Source: Lepidodermella squamata (taxonomy: Eukaryota; Animalia; Gastrotricha). From it: a stretch of 64,000 nucleotides of DNA. The DNA lies in NCBI GenBank assembly GCA_047495785.1, contig JBLDXI010000030.1:372001-436000 (forward strand). The letters are read 5' to 3'. Positions within the stretch are counted from its first letter, which is position 1, and every line of letters starts with the position of its first letter. The notes beneath the pieces are model-generated. The model did no database searches, had not been told where the DNA came from, and worked only from the letters and a program-made list of their open reading frames with translations. A program made the translations under genes and the position numbers. Positions 1 through 12,527 of the stretch are shown one piece after another.

Positions 1-633
1 TCAACTTCAAGTTCAACACCAAAGACGTCCACACGAACAACCCTTTTTCCAACTTCAACTTCAATTTCAGTTTCAACGAAGTATTACAAATTTGAATATT
101 GGGCGAACATGAGTTTGAAGATATATGGCGATAGAATCTTTATACCAGTCAAAAATTTGACCATTTTCTTCGAACCTTGGGATACAAGTCTAAGCATCTT
201 TGGCTCAGCCAATTTCACTGTTCTAGCGACCTACTTACTACCAGCTATCCAACAGCTAATGAATGAGTCGGTTCTTGCATTGAATTGTCGCATCGTTTCA
301 ATTGAAATCAGAAACTTTCGTAAGGGCAGTATTATAGCTGACTACATCGTTGTTCTGAGGAGTCTAACTCAACTTTCCGAGGAAGAAATAGCCGAAAAGG
401 TTGAATTTGCTAAGTTGCAGCTCCAATCAGCGGTGGATGCTAGGCTATCGAATGAACTTGAAGCATCCCGCTTGAGGGATTTCAAAATCCAGGAGCTAAT
501 TGGACCCGGCGGGCGTGCTGATAAGAAAGACGAAACTCCGAAAGCAAATAACCACGGAGTTCTAATTACTAACAATTATTTTGTGCTAGCATCTTTCTTT
601 GCTCTTTCGATGCTCTTCAAGCGGCAGAAATGA
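1..633 (+). CDS. 3' end of SEA-domain surface glycoprotein, paralog 1 (5' part lies before the window)
   Basis: Ser/Thr-rich codons from base 1. SEA-type PWD...S.NF..LA and FRKGSIIADYIVVLRSLTQL motifs, then a hydrophobic C-terminal tail. The same motifs recur in the downstream paralogs. Confidence 0.8.
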   Translation, partial: STSSSTPKTSTRTTLFPTSTSISVSTKYYKFEYWANMSLKIYGDRIFIPVKNLTIFFEPWDTSLSIFGSANFTVLATYLLPAIQQLMNESVLALNCRIVSIEIRNFRKGSIIADYIVVLRSLTQLSEEEIAEKVEFAKLQLQSAVDARLSNELEASRLRDFKIQELIGPGGRADKKDETPKANNHGVLITNNYFVLASFFALSMLFKRQK

Positions 634-916
634 ACGAAGTTTCATTCGACGAAATAAATTATGGATCTGAATGCGACCACAATGTTCCTTGTCTATTTTA
701 AGTTGAAGCTAGATTTTTTAATTGGTATCGAACTTTTTCCTTCGTTTTAAAATTTCAACCCTTGATTCAGAGCTGTTCACACGGAATCCCAAAGACTTTT
801 AACGAGAAACAAATTATAGACTTGTTATGCTGCTTTGTTGTCGGCGTAGGCTGGATTACCTTGAAAAATTGCATTGCGAGCTAGAATCTATTGATGGAAG
901 TATAGTTGAATTTCGT

Positions 917-3900
917 ATGGCTTATAAAATCTTCTCATTTGCTTTTACTTGGTTGTTAGCCAGCCTCGTCAAATGTGACATCCAATGCGTGATGAACAGA
1001 ACGGCTATTGCCGACGTCAATATGAAATACTTGGTGAATCACGTCGATGGCTGGCAGGACCTAACCGCATCTTCGCCGACAAATTACCCGGTTGGGACGG
1101 TAATCAAAGCTACATGCTCATCAGAACAAAGTGGTGAGCTTTCCATGATGTGTATGGGCGGAGGCAGCTGGTCGGAACAGCTAACAAACTGCGATAGCAT
1201 CAGTAATTCAATTCTCGAGATACAGATAAATCGAAATAAATTTGTTTTTTCCTCAAGGAACTACTTCATCCACGTGCCGATGGCCGGCCTCCGTCGATGG
1301 GGCATCCATATACGCCATTTCGTCGGATTTCCTAGAATCGTGGATAATAGCAACTAACTTAGATACAACGGACTTCAAGATGTACGATATGATAAAGCGA
1401 ATATGCCCTTCTGGATTATACCGAATTAGCACTTGTATCAACGGACAATTCCTACCGGACCCCTCCGGCTTCCAATGCGATCAAGTTACAGCTATCAGCC
1501 CGTCTAAGCTAGCAGCAAGCTGGCCACTAACTTCTGATACATTGTTATCTGAGATAACTGCATCGGGTATTACATTCGAAGGTTCAAGTGCTGTACCTTC
1601 ACAAGGCTACGGAAGGTTCGGAGAAAATGGATACCAAGTTGGCGGGAATGATGGGCTCAGCCTTATCAGCAGTACCAAGAGGCCATTGTATGGAGACAAT
1701 TGGACGATTTCAATACTCGCGCGCGGGGATTACATTGGAGAGCTCGTGATGCTTCATTTTTTATCGTATAACTACACGATCACTATTGGCAAAGGCAACG
1801 TTTCGGTAACTTTGAAAACCACTCACCAGTACCAGTTCCCGAACCCGAAATTTGGCAATGTTTCTGAATGGGTTCTCTATAAGGTTAGCTTATATCGCAC
1901 AATGCTAACATGCAGTGCAGCCGGTGGGTTGAGCGACATTGCTAGTAAAGGTACGTCATTGTTGGGCCCTTTGCCTTCGATTCCAAGCGAAGATCAGACA
2001 TTCACAATCGGCAGAAAGTAAGTCGACGAGAAATTCTGGTCATTTTTATTTTTTGCAACTATTTGCGAATTATTGCAGAAGTTCATTGCCAGGAACTGTT
2101 GCATGTCTGATGATGTTCAATGCCGGTTATTCCGACCAGAACACGGCCGACGTGCTCTATCAATACTGCTTATCAGGTTTCTTTAACTGATATTTTCTGG
2201 CATTTGATGTAAGGCTCAAAAGTTACTTAAGCATGATCAAAAATTTGAGAGTGAAGCTGTTTGTCGAAATAATGATGGATTCCCAGTGAAAATGAAGTGT
2301 AGATGGAGAATGACTGGTTGATTAGGAATTTTAGAAAAAGCTTGCTTTTATGAAGCTTTCTTTTTTCCCGAATTTTCGTTGACTTTATTTTATTTTTTTT
2401 TATTTTAGTTATAGCAGACAGCAGACTGAGTTAAGATGAATTTAGCGGGTTCCCTGTTCTAGTTTTCGATCACTGAGGCATTTGCCTAACACCGTCAATT
2501 TACTCTTTCCTCTTAGCGATATCAACGCCCTTAGCAAATCCAACCCCCTGCTCGACCTGTGGATGGACCTACGACAGAGGATTGTCCATCAACATAGCTA
2601 ATATACGTAATTCAGTGAAATAAATCCAAAAACGTTTTAATTCAATTTACCTGAAGATCAAGCTATTCTTCGAGGCTCTGCCGTGCTATGGGACAATGGA
2701 ATGTCTATTCGCTTGGCTACTTTTGGAACGCAAGGAGTCGTTTGGTCTCGAACGGTGATTACGAATCATTATCTCATGTATTATGCTCTCCTTACAATAC
2801 ATCTATGAAACAGCCGATTTCACCCAAAGCTGATTGGAGGATTGAGATATACATGGCTTTTGACTTGAACAATACGAGAATGAATATATTTCTCGCAGCA
2901 GCAAGTTGCCTCAACGTAGCACAGCGCAGGCCTGAAGTTGATGATGCGAATCTCGACGTCGATAATTTTTCTGGCCTGTATTTCCAGCGACCGGCGACTG
3001 GTCCATGTGGCGTTTACACCACTTCGACGCCAGTTAACATAAATTCGGCAAACAAGACTGGTAGGACTGAATGGACATGCTCCTGGCAGGGCTTGATCTT
3101 GGAGAAAAAAGGCTCGGTTTTAAAGGCTTACACTAGATCAAATGCACAAGCCAGTTATCTTCTCACCGCTGATGTCACTGCGTTGGATAACATCATCGAT
3201 GATCTATACTTCGGAATAGTTGCTGCCTACGACCCTCATCCTCCACCTTTCACAACCATGGTTTACCTGTACCAAGTAAAATTTTACACAACTAAAGTAT
3301 CATTTACAACTACAACTACGACTACATCACCAACGTCCGAAATGACTACAGCGAAATCTTCAGCTGAACAGTTTTACGAGCTCAGCATGAATTTAAAGGT
3401 TTACGGGGACGAAATTCTGATACCATCAAGCGGCGTCAAATTATCGACGAACCCATGGGATCCAAGCCTTGACCAGCCGGGTTCAGCGAATTTCAAAGCC
3501 CTGGCTGAATTCATGCTGCCAGTCATTTGGGATTTGGCTAATCAAACAGCTGCTATGATGAATAACACACAGGTAGTTGGGGTTAACATTACAGGTTTTC
3601 GAAAAGGCAGCATCATTGCGGATTACATTGTCGTGCTGCGAAGTTTAACGCAATTGACAGAGAGCGAAATAGCGTTGAAAGTATCTATCGCTGTTACGAA
3701 ACTGAAGGAAGTTGTGCTAAAAAAGCTGGCAAATGGCCTTGACGTTTCTCGCCTTGGGGAAGTATCTGTGGTCAAAGTAAATGTCCCCGTGACAGGGCAG
3801 GAACCGCGAATCATCGATTCAAAATCAGAACCAAAAAGCTCCAATGGATCAGTAAGAAAAGCGGCTAACTGTCTCATCTTCGCTTTTGTATGGACCTTTA

Positions 3901-3917
3901 TTGCTATTCTCGAGTAA
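917..3917 (+). CDS. Multi-exon SEA-domain mucin-like glycoprotein, paralog 2 (SP, sushi-like, ConA/LamG-like, S/T stalk, SEA, GPI-type tail)
   Basis: ATG at 917 with signal peptide MAYKIFSFAFTWLLASLVKC. Sushi-like C..CMGGGSW...C; first intron 1203-1257; LAASWPLT and WTIS motifs; poly-Thr stalk; FRKGSIIADY; hydrophobic C-terminus. Internal exon boundaries only partly resolved. Confidence 0.75.
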
Positions 3918-4235
3918 CTCGTGAGGAATGAAGCGTTAGCATTTTATTTGAAGGCCATTTTGCCTGGGCTTCTGTTTTCAGAATAAATGAAAATGTACTC
4001 CGTCTTTTTGCTGCTTCAATAGAAACTTCCAAGTTGGAAAACTCCAATTAATGCAAAAAAGTTGAGTATGAAGTAATGAAATTTGGATGCTAATTGGACA
4101 GTGGAAACGCTGCGAAGAAATAGGAAACTCCAATAGCAAATAATCAAGGGCTTCGAATGCTGAGATCTTTGTTTGCTCTTACAATGCTCTTCAAGCGACA
4201 TAAACGAATGAAACCTCATTCGAGTGAAATGAAAT

Positions 4236-7078
4236 ATGGCTTTCACAAAGTTTCTCGTGTTTAGCTTTGTTTATCTGAGCGTTCAAGCGGACGAAATCTG
4301 TATTTGGAATGCGACCACTGGCATCGGTGCATCCAGGAGCTTGACTTACGCCATAGCTTCTGAATCATTCAACGCCGGAGGTCAAGCCACCTTCCCTCTA
4401 GGAGCGCTGGTTATTGCATACTGCCTTAGTGATTTCAAGATAGTGACTGCTATCAAATGTATGGACGGCGGCTGGTGGACTAAATCTATCACGTCGTGTG
4501 AAAGTTTCAGTAAGTTACTTAATTAAGGTCCTAAAAACTCATGGAACTATCCCTTTCCCTGATGAAGGTTCAGCTTCTGAAATTAACAATCAAACCTGTT
4601 CGTGGCCAGTTACAACGTCATTTACGGGGCACAACTACCTAATTTCTTACGACGACGAAAAAACCTGGATTACCGAGGTCTCGTTAACGGCAAGAGTCCA
4701 CTCTTCGATTGTGAGAGATAACTGCCCATCAGGAGCTTATATTCAATCAACATGCTTGAACGGTCAATTCCTCCCTGACCCGTCTGGTTTCACGTGTGGA
4801 GAGCCAACCGCATCGCCGCCTTCTGGTCTCATTGCATTCTGGCCACTCACCACTGACACTCAATTTCGAGCCATCACGCCTGGAACTCCCGATATGGGTG
4901 CAAGGGGTACTGTCGCCTTGTCTAAGCCAGATCCTAATTACAATCAAACCGGTTACAACTTAGGCGGGGGTAGAGGGACATTGGTTAATATTTACGACCT
5001 ACCTCAACTGGCCGGCTCAAATTGGACCATATCAGTTCTGGCTCGTGGTACGTTTCGAGGCGTACTTGTTGAAGTTGATTACGGCCAAAAGAGTAACACG
5101 ATCACAATCACTAACGCTGGCGCCAAAGCAACCCTCCAGGAAACAACAAGCAATTTCAATTGTGCGGATTGCGGTGTCTATGACGGGTGGTTCCTTTACA
5201 TGATAGGCTATCAATCTGTTCCACAAACGATTTCGCTCGTTGTGAGCAGAGGAGGCACATCCACAATAACGGGCGTCTTCCAGCAGGGTCAAGCAGGAGA
5301 CGGAGTAGTGCCAGCCACCGGGGGAAAACTTCTTTTAGGCGACGTGTAAGTAGTGCAGAATTTCAATATCAATCAATAATTGAAACGACCAAGGTCATCT
5401 GATGCCGGTGAAATGGCCTGCCTAATGAAGTTTGATGCGTATTATTCAGACGCAAATTCAGCTGACATATTGTTCGGCCAATGCTTGAAAGGTTTCGTTT
5501 AATTATTCCATGAACTCAAATTAAATCAGTCTGCAAAACAGCTGTCTCGTCACCGACGTATGTAGCCAATTCCTGCACCACATGTGCCTGGTCCTATGAT
5601 GAAAACCTATCAATTAACATGGCGAATTTCCGTTTGTGATTTTCCCTCATAAAATCCATCCTAATTATAGAAATTTTCAGATAAAGTCTATCGAAGAGGG
5701 GCTGCTACAATCACCCAAAATGGAATGCTGATCCGTCTAGCAGCAATGGGCCAACAAGGCGTAATTTGGTCACCTGTGGTATGAACCTAATATCAAAGCC
5801 ATTATAGATAAGACATACTTTTATTTTCAGTCATTCAGTGCGGCGATAGACTTTCGCGTTGAGTTTCACATTGAAATACCGACAAGCAAGGTCGACCTTG
5901 AATTCTGGTTTGTCGCAAATCCAACCTCTCTCGATCTAGCAAGTGGATCTGACACAAGAGCAGCTTTCAATGTGCGGACGAACGTGTTTGCAGGCATGTT
6001 TGTCGGACGATCAAAAACTGGGGAGTTCCGCGTTGAATATTCCGCAACTCCTATGTCGACTAGCCAAACTACGACAGTGATAGATAACCTAGCATCTGAG
6101 TGCTTGCCCCATGCAATTATTCTAGAAAAAGTCGGCACCGCTTTGAACTTATTCTGCCAACGCGACAACGACGTGGCTTTCATTTTCACCGCTGCAATCG
6201 GGCCTTTCAATTTAATCGCACCAGATGAAATTGTTTTAGGGGTCTATGCTAAATTTGATTACGACACATCGCCTGGTCAGGTTACAGCGTATTTGTATCA
6301 AGTAAAGTTTTATACAAATGGGCCGATTACTACAACATCAACATCCAGCACTACAACCAACTCGGTTTCTTCACCGTCAACATCGTCGGTACCAACATCT
6401 TCATCTACATCTTCTTCAACAGCTGCATCGTCATCTACAGCTTCAACTTTGTCAACTTCAACGATAAGTTCGACGTCTTCTTCAAATCGGCCTGCTGGAT
6501 CTTTTGTTTACGAGTTGAGCATGAATTTAACTATAACTGGGGACACGATTGTCATACCCCAAAGTGGCGATAAAATCAACCTGACAGTCTATTCGAATCC
6601 TTGGGATGCCAGTCTCAACCAGCCAAACTCTCCAACATTCAAAGCTTTGGCTGACTTCATGATGCCACTACTCTGGCAGCTGTCCAACAATTCAGCTCTG
6701 GCCCTGAATTGCCAAGTCCTGTGGATAAACATTGCAAAGTTTCGAAAGGGGAGCATAATCTCGGACTACATCGTCGCGCTCCGAAGTTTGACTCAATTTA
6801 CCGAAAGCGAAATCGCGGATAAAGTTAGAATTGCAACCGAGCGTCTTAAAGCGACTTCTGACTTGAGGCTTGCGAATGGTCTCGACGCCTTGCGTTTGGC
6901 GGAAAATAAAATGAGAGGCGTGACCGGACCTTTGCTATCGAATAGCAATGTGGCAACACAAAACACGCCGACTGGACAAACAGAGGCATCGCAAAATAGC
7001 GCAGCTGTAGCAAAGACGAACACTTGTAAACTTCTCATCTCGCTTTACCTTATTTTTGTCAAATTAAATGATTTTTGA
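4236..7078 (+). CDS. SEA-domain mucin-like glycoprotein, paralog 3
   Basis: ORF pieces 4236-4526, 4498-5349 and 5972-7078 joined by short GT-AG introns. Same motif order: CMDGGWW, CPSG...CLNGQFLPDPSG, FWPLT, S/T tract, FRKGSIISDY. Confidence 0.75.
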
Positions 7079-7129
7079 ATTGAAACGTGGTTATTTTCCT
7101 AGCTTTTGTGCTTGCAGTTAGAAGCGGCT

Positions 7130-9255
7130 TTTCCTGCCCAGTTGGTTATTTTTTGCCTAGACGGAAAAAGTGATTCTGCCCGATGTTTCTGCCCGCTGTT
7201 TCTGCCCGCTCAAACGATTAGGGTGGATTTTTTATTTTCGAAAATCAATTGATGCTCTCGAAAATTCGGGAAAACCTCTCACCTGAAATAATGTTGCACA
7301 ACTTCAATTTCCGTTCCCAGTCCCTTTACTACAACCTTCAGACTCTGACCAAACGAGTGAACAAGTGAATAACCTTTATTAGAATGTTTAAACTTTAAAA
7401 CAAGTGTTTGGGCCGGATTAATTGTTAATAACGACGGAGCAATTCGAGAAATTGAAGATCGGCATGGGTTTAGCTTGCTTTACGGGTGGCTCATCGCGCG
7501 GGTCATTTTCGACGTTTCGAAGCAGCAGCGTTTGCGAGAAATGCGACTCGGCCACCACCAATCCTTCGGTTGGCTTGATCTCTTGTGCAGACACACCCGA
7601 AACTGCAGCTGATTGTCCATCACCGAAACCGACAGCCAGTTTGTCGCTGATACTTCGTCGTTCAGAGGTGTTGAGTTTGTGGTAACTGTTCAGAGAATCG
7701 ACCGATGCATGACCAGTAATCTGGATGATCTTTCGAGAATCGACACCGAGTTCAGAGAGGGTTGAGACGAGAAACTTTCGAGCCGAGTGGTTCGTGATTC
7801 GTTTGGTAATACCAGCACCGACAGCGGCGTCCTTGAGGAGCGATCCAAGGGGGTTCTTGCCCAAATTTTGGCATTTGTAGAAGAGGCCGTCGGGTCGAAA
7901 TCGGGTCAGGCAACCAACATACATTGGGTCACTCGGGCGCGAAAACTTTCCCGGTCGTTTTGCACAAAAAATAAGGAACAATCGAACCGGGCAGAAAAAG
8001 CCACCGTTCTCGTATGCTCGTGGTGCCAGTTTTGAGTGGGTTGATTCGCCATTCCTGGTTTTAGTCTGTCGCTCGTTGAATTCGAGATACCTGCGACCTC
8101 CAGATTCGGTTTTTAGCTGGACATCACCAAACCTGAAAACGGCCAATTTAACAATTTTTCAATGGCAATCCAACAACCTACTTCATTTGTAGATGTTCAT
8201 CACGGCCACGAAGACCGAAATACACGGTGAAAACCAGCCACAGCATCGTGATCAAACCGATTGGCGTGTCATCAGTCAGCGTTTTCGCCTCACGCATTTT
8301 ATCAACATCTTCTCGTTCTAGGCATTCAGATGCTCGGGCTTTATTTCCCTTTCCAGCACGCTTAGATTCGACAAACTTGGATTTCAGCATTTTCATGCTA
8401 TAGAAGAAATCGACTCTCGCCATGGTGAAGTTGATTTCGTTCTTCGTCACATCGCGGAGATGGCGAATGATGGAGGAATAAATGCCTCGAATCGTTGTCG
8501 GCTCCATCGCGCTACCATCAGTCTTCGTCAACTGCTTGAGAAAAAGAGCGACATAGAGATCCATATCCTTGACCGTAAGCTCAACTAATAGTTGCTCCGA
8601 AATGTGGAATCGCTGCTCGACAAATGCGACAAATCGGCTCCAGTGCTGCTTGGTTTTCTGAGCTGTGCCGTTTGCTTCAAAACCAGCCACGAAATTTTCG
8701 ACTTCTTGAATGAACTCCGACGTATCACCCTCTTCATCGGATTCTTCTTCTTCGATATCAGCATCAAGTTCTCGTTCGAGAAGTCGAATTGGATCGGATT
8801 CTTCGCGCTGTTTCACTTCCACGGAGCCGTCAGCGAGAGCACCGAGGCCCAGGTCGCCAATATCAAAAGTGATCTCCATTGAAAATTCGACGGAAATTCG
8901 CAATATTCAATTGATAATAAAACAAGGAAATGAACAACGAACAAAAAAAATTCAAAAAAAAAATTTGCTACAAATTTTAAGCTGGATTTCTTATTTTCGT
9001 TATTAACAACGGTCATCTTTCATACGCACTATACACCATCCCCCATTTTCACTCGTCCGAGTGTCGGATTAACGAAAATAACCAACTGGGAAGGAACAGG
9101 AACTCTTCCCTTGTGTCTCGGGCAAAACCTCGAATTCAGCCCTTGAAAATACCCTCGGGCTTCGCTTCGCTGCGCTCCGCTACGCCCTCGGGCATTTTCA
9201 GCGGGCAGAATTCTCGGTTCTGCCCTCAACACCGGGAAGAATTCCTTAATTTCCT
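7130..9255 (-). mobile_element. Crypton (tyrosine-recombinase DNA transposon)
   Basis: Contains a YR ORF. Bounded by a TTTCCT direct repeat (7130-7135, 9250-9255). Subterminal 22-bp inverted repeat (7131-7152 vs 9075-9096) and a large hairpin at 9099-9245. The paralogous empty site is at ~12265-12300. Confidence 0.8.
7418..8879 (-). CDS. Crypton tyrosine recombinase (DUF3504-like), 2 exons, ~470 aa
   Basis: Exons 8879-8182 and 8132-7418 with a 49-nt GT-AG intron (1413 nt, in frame). Catalytic residues present: GLRG, TKTRNG, NHSAR, TGH and SYH. Confidence 0.85.
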
Positions 9256-9574
9256 TTATTGATTAAAAGGAAGATTTTCATTACCGTCTGTTTCTCCAGA
9301 TCTAGGGAATTCACATTTATTTTCCATTACGTGCGAATAAAAGACCGTCTGAAAACTTCCATGCTGAGTTCTATTTGCTCATTTGCTTATAATCAAATGG
9401 CATCCGTTTTGGACTATGAATATAGTGCTATGTAGGTTTCTTTGATTGGTAAGTTTCCTCCACCCTGAGTTTTATTTGCTTATTTGTTTATTTGCTTATC
9501 AAGTGCGTATCATCCGTTATGGATTAGTTTAATAGTGCTATGAAATGGGTGTAGGGTGTAGCCATTTTTCGAAT

Positions 9575-10925
9575 ATGGGTTTCTTGAAAATGGTTCCGAG
9601 CAGCTTCCTCATGCTTGCAGTGGTACCTTATGCGCTGAGCTACGAGTCGTGCAAATGGACCGCCACGGCCGCAAATGAACTTAAGACGCAAAGTGGAGTT
9701 AATTACTTAGCTCCCCCGGCTGATTTCGACCCAACAAGTGACAAAATCTTCCAATTAGGTAACATCGTAAGTGCACAGTGCAGTTCAACCGGTGTGAATA
9801 CATCGACCAAGTGCCTGGACGGTGGTTGGTGGTCGAAACATGTCCCGGATTGCTCAGCGTTTGGTAAGTACTAGACAATGTTATCGGATTCAGTGTGCGA
9901 CTTTCAGGGGGGATGGGGAGAGGGGGGTCGTCCCCTAGCTCGGCCGGGCCAGACAAAAAAATGAGAATTTATCCCACATGTTCGTTAATTTTAAGAGGTA
10001 TTGGAGCGTGGAGCGTGTTTTAGTGGAAACTCTTCAACATTTTCTCACTTCAGTTTTAGTTGAAATGACTAGTCATTTAGGCAAAAACAGAAAAAAATTC
10101 CATTCCTGGCAGCTCCGGGATCCAAAGGTCGCACCCTGATCGGATAACATCAGACGAGATTTACGATATTGAATTTTAGCTACAAGTGGTAAACAGAGCA
10201 ATCAGACATGCGGCTGGCCTGAATCGCAGCTGCAGGGTCATGTGTACGTGCTAACGAGAGACCTCAACCACTACGTCGAAATCCACGTCAACGTCAACAT
10301 TCACGCTAACATCAAAATCAACATCAGCGCCTTTGTTTCCGATTAGCTCTGCTAAGACTTGGTTCAACTACGAGATTTACGCGACATTGAAGATAGAAGG
10401 CAACAACATTACAATACCTACGTCAAATGTGACAATCTTCACAGATCCGTGGGATCCTGCTTTGAATCAACAGCAGTCAAAAATGTTTATTGCCTTATCA
10501 AACTTCATGATGCCACTAATTTGGGATTTGGCTAACAGAACCGCTCGTAATTTGAATTGCGAGGTCCTTCGGGTTAATATTACCGGCTTTCGAAAGGGTA
10601 GTATCATTTCGGACTATATTGTGGCCCTGCGGAGTTTGACGCAACTGTCTGAGGACGAAATATTAGGGCCAAGGTGGAACAAGCACAGGTGGCACTGAAG
10701 ACTGCTGCAAATGCTAAACTCGCCAACGGCCTGGAAGCATACCGTCTGAGTGAAGTTTCTGTCCAGAAGATTGGCGGTCAGGTTTTGAAAACTCCTGGGG
10801 TCACATCAACTCGAACAATCCAATCGGATCAAGCTAATAACAATAGCAGTAACAATATCAACTTGAACAGCCTTCTGCTATTTGGAGTAATAGCCATTTC
10901 ATCCCGGGCTTACATAACAATATAG
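9575..10925 (+). pseudogene. Decayed SEA-glycoprotein paralog 4 (duplicate of paralog 5)
   Basis: Exon 1 is closely similar to 12528-12802. At ~10268 it jumps from the start of exon 2 to the S/T-SEA region (~1.8 kb missing relative to paralog 5). Frameshift near 10662 splits the SEA domain (ORFs 10333-10698 and 10674-10925). Confidence 0.75.
9891..10138. mobile_element. hAT-type MITE in intron 1 of paralog 4
   Basis: TIR CAGTGTGCGAC / GTCGCACCCTG. 8-bp TSD ATCGGATT/ATCGGATA. Absent from the equivalent intron of paralog 5 (aaaatcggattaaattagac, ~12815). Confidence 0.8.
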
Positions 10926-11060
10926 ACGCTAAACTTTAAGCTATAAGGCTAGGGTTATCACAAAAGATCTGACTTGAGCCTTGATAAATATGGGAGAAAT
11001 CTATAAATAAACGAAGTGCTGTATTCCGATGCAGTTCGGAGCTTGCATATCTATTCGAGT

Positions 11061-11714
11061 CGACATTTCAAACACGGAGTTATGTTTGGTGCTTTTCATT
11101 AACTTGACTCTCTTCGAATGTCTACGTGCTTCCATTCGGGCGATTTGAGTTCTCTATATGACGGATATTTACAGTAACATTGCCTTATAGCTTATAGACA
11201 CAGGAGTATATAATTAATTATTAATTGATAATACAAATTTTGGTATATTCATAGATTATTTGGGTTTCGTTTGTTGATAATTTGAGTAAAGGTGACTATT
11301 AACAATTCTGACGCTGTCTTTCAAGGCTTGAGATGCCATTTCGACGGCTTTGACACCGTTGATGCCTAAGTTCTGCAGCATTTTCATAGCTTCAGTAGTT
11401 AATGAACCCCGGGCATCTATGTAGAGACCATGCACTTCGATTGAGTCTAAATTGTAAGCCTCACGACTAATCGCAGCCTGGAAAAACAGTGTTAAGGTTA
11501 AGATGAGCAAATTCAAAGTATTTAGCCATAGTCAAACTAATTTTCGAGATGGGGCAAATGCCTTTGTCGCATTAACGATAGCCTAGTAACGGCGATTTGA
11601 GCTTTCAGCATATGACAATATAAGACTCAAATCGCCCGAATGGAAGCACGTAGACATTCGAAGAGAGTCAAATTAATGAAAAGTACCAAACATAACTCCG
11701 TGTTTGAAATGTCG
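11061..11714. repeat. ~90-bp inverted repeat pair (11061-11150 vs 11625-11714)
   Basis: cgacatttcaaacacggagttatg...cgatttgagt is the near-exact reverse complement of actcaaatcg...gtttgaaatgtcg. Confidence 0.85.
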
Positions 11715-12009
11715 CCTCGAATAGCGTTCACAATGTCCAAATATCGTCAAAGCGTCGCTTGCCAGAGCGAAATGCTTGTAATCATCGTCAATAGTTTCAA
11801 ACTGATCGCAGATATTCCCGCATGCTTGAACAAAATTTTGGTAATTCTCGACAGAATTTTGAGCAATTTTGTCCAACTTCGACTATTCAAATAGGCTCAA
11901 GTAGCCCCTATGCGACACCCGGGTCCAAATGAATTTTTTTTTTAATTTAAGCATGACAATTAATGGATTGAGCAAGATGTGATAAAAAATGTGCAAATGT
12001 GCTGATGAA

Positions 12010-12230
12010 GTTGCAACCGAGAGTCTCAAAGTGATTGCCCTCTTGAAACTTGCAAATGGTATTGACGCCTTGCAAGTGGCCGAAATAAAATGCGAGGCGT
12101 AAGCGGACCTTTGCTATCGAATAGCAAAACACCCCGACAAATAGAGACATCGCAAAGTAAAGCAGCTGTAGAAAAGACGAGCTTTTGTAAGCTCGTTATC
12201 TTACGTTACCTTTTTTGACAATTCCACTTG
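12010..12230 (+). pseudogene. Remnant copy of the 3' end of paralog 3 (start of a tandem segmental duplication)
   Basis: Aligns by eye with ~6830-7070 (ttgcaaccga...cggacctttgctatcgaatagcaa...gcagctgtag) with indels. The following intergenic DNA matches 9255-9575. Confidence 0.7.
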
Positions 12231-12527
12231 ATTCAAAACGTGATTTGTATCATGTTTGCTCGTTGTTAGAATTGGTTTTTTCCTTTCTTGATTAAAAAAG
12301 GATGCATTTCATTACCGTTTGTTTTCCCATCTCCAGGGAATTCAGAATTCACATTTATTTTCCATTACGCGAATTAAGGACCATCTGGAGACTTCCAAAT
12401 CTTGGTTTCCTCCATCTTGAGCTTTATTTGCTTATTATCAAGTACCATCCGTTTTGGAATAGCTGAATAGTGCTATGAAACTAGTGTAGCTGTGCAACGC
12501 TATTTTTCGAACATTGGTTTCTTGAAA

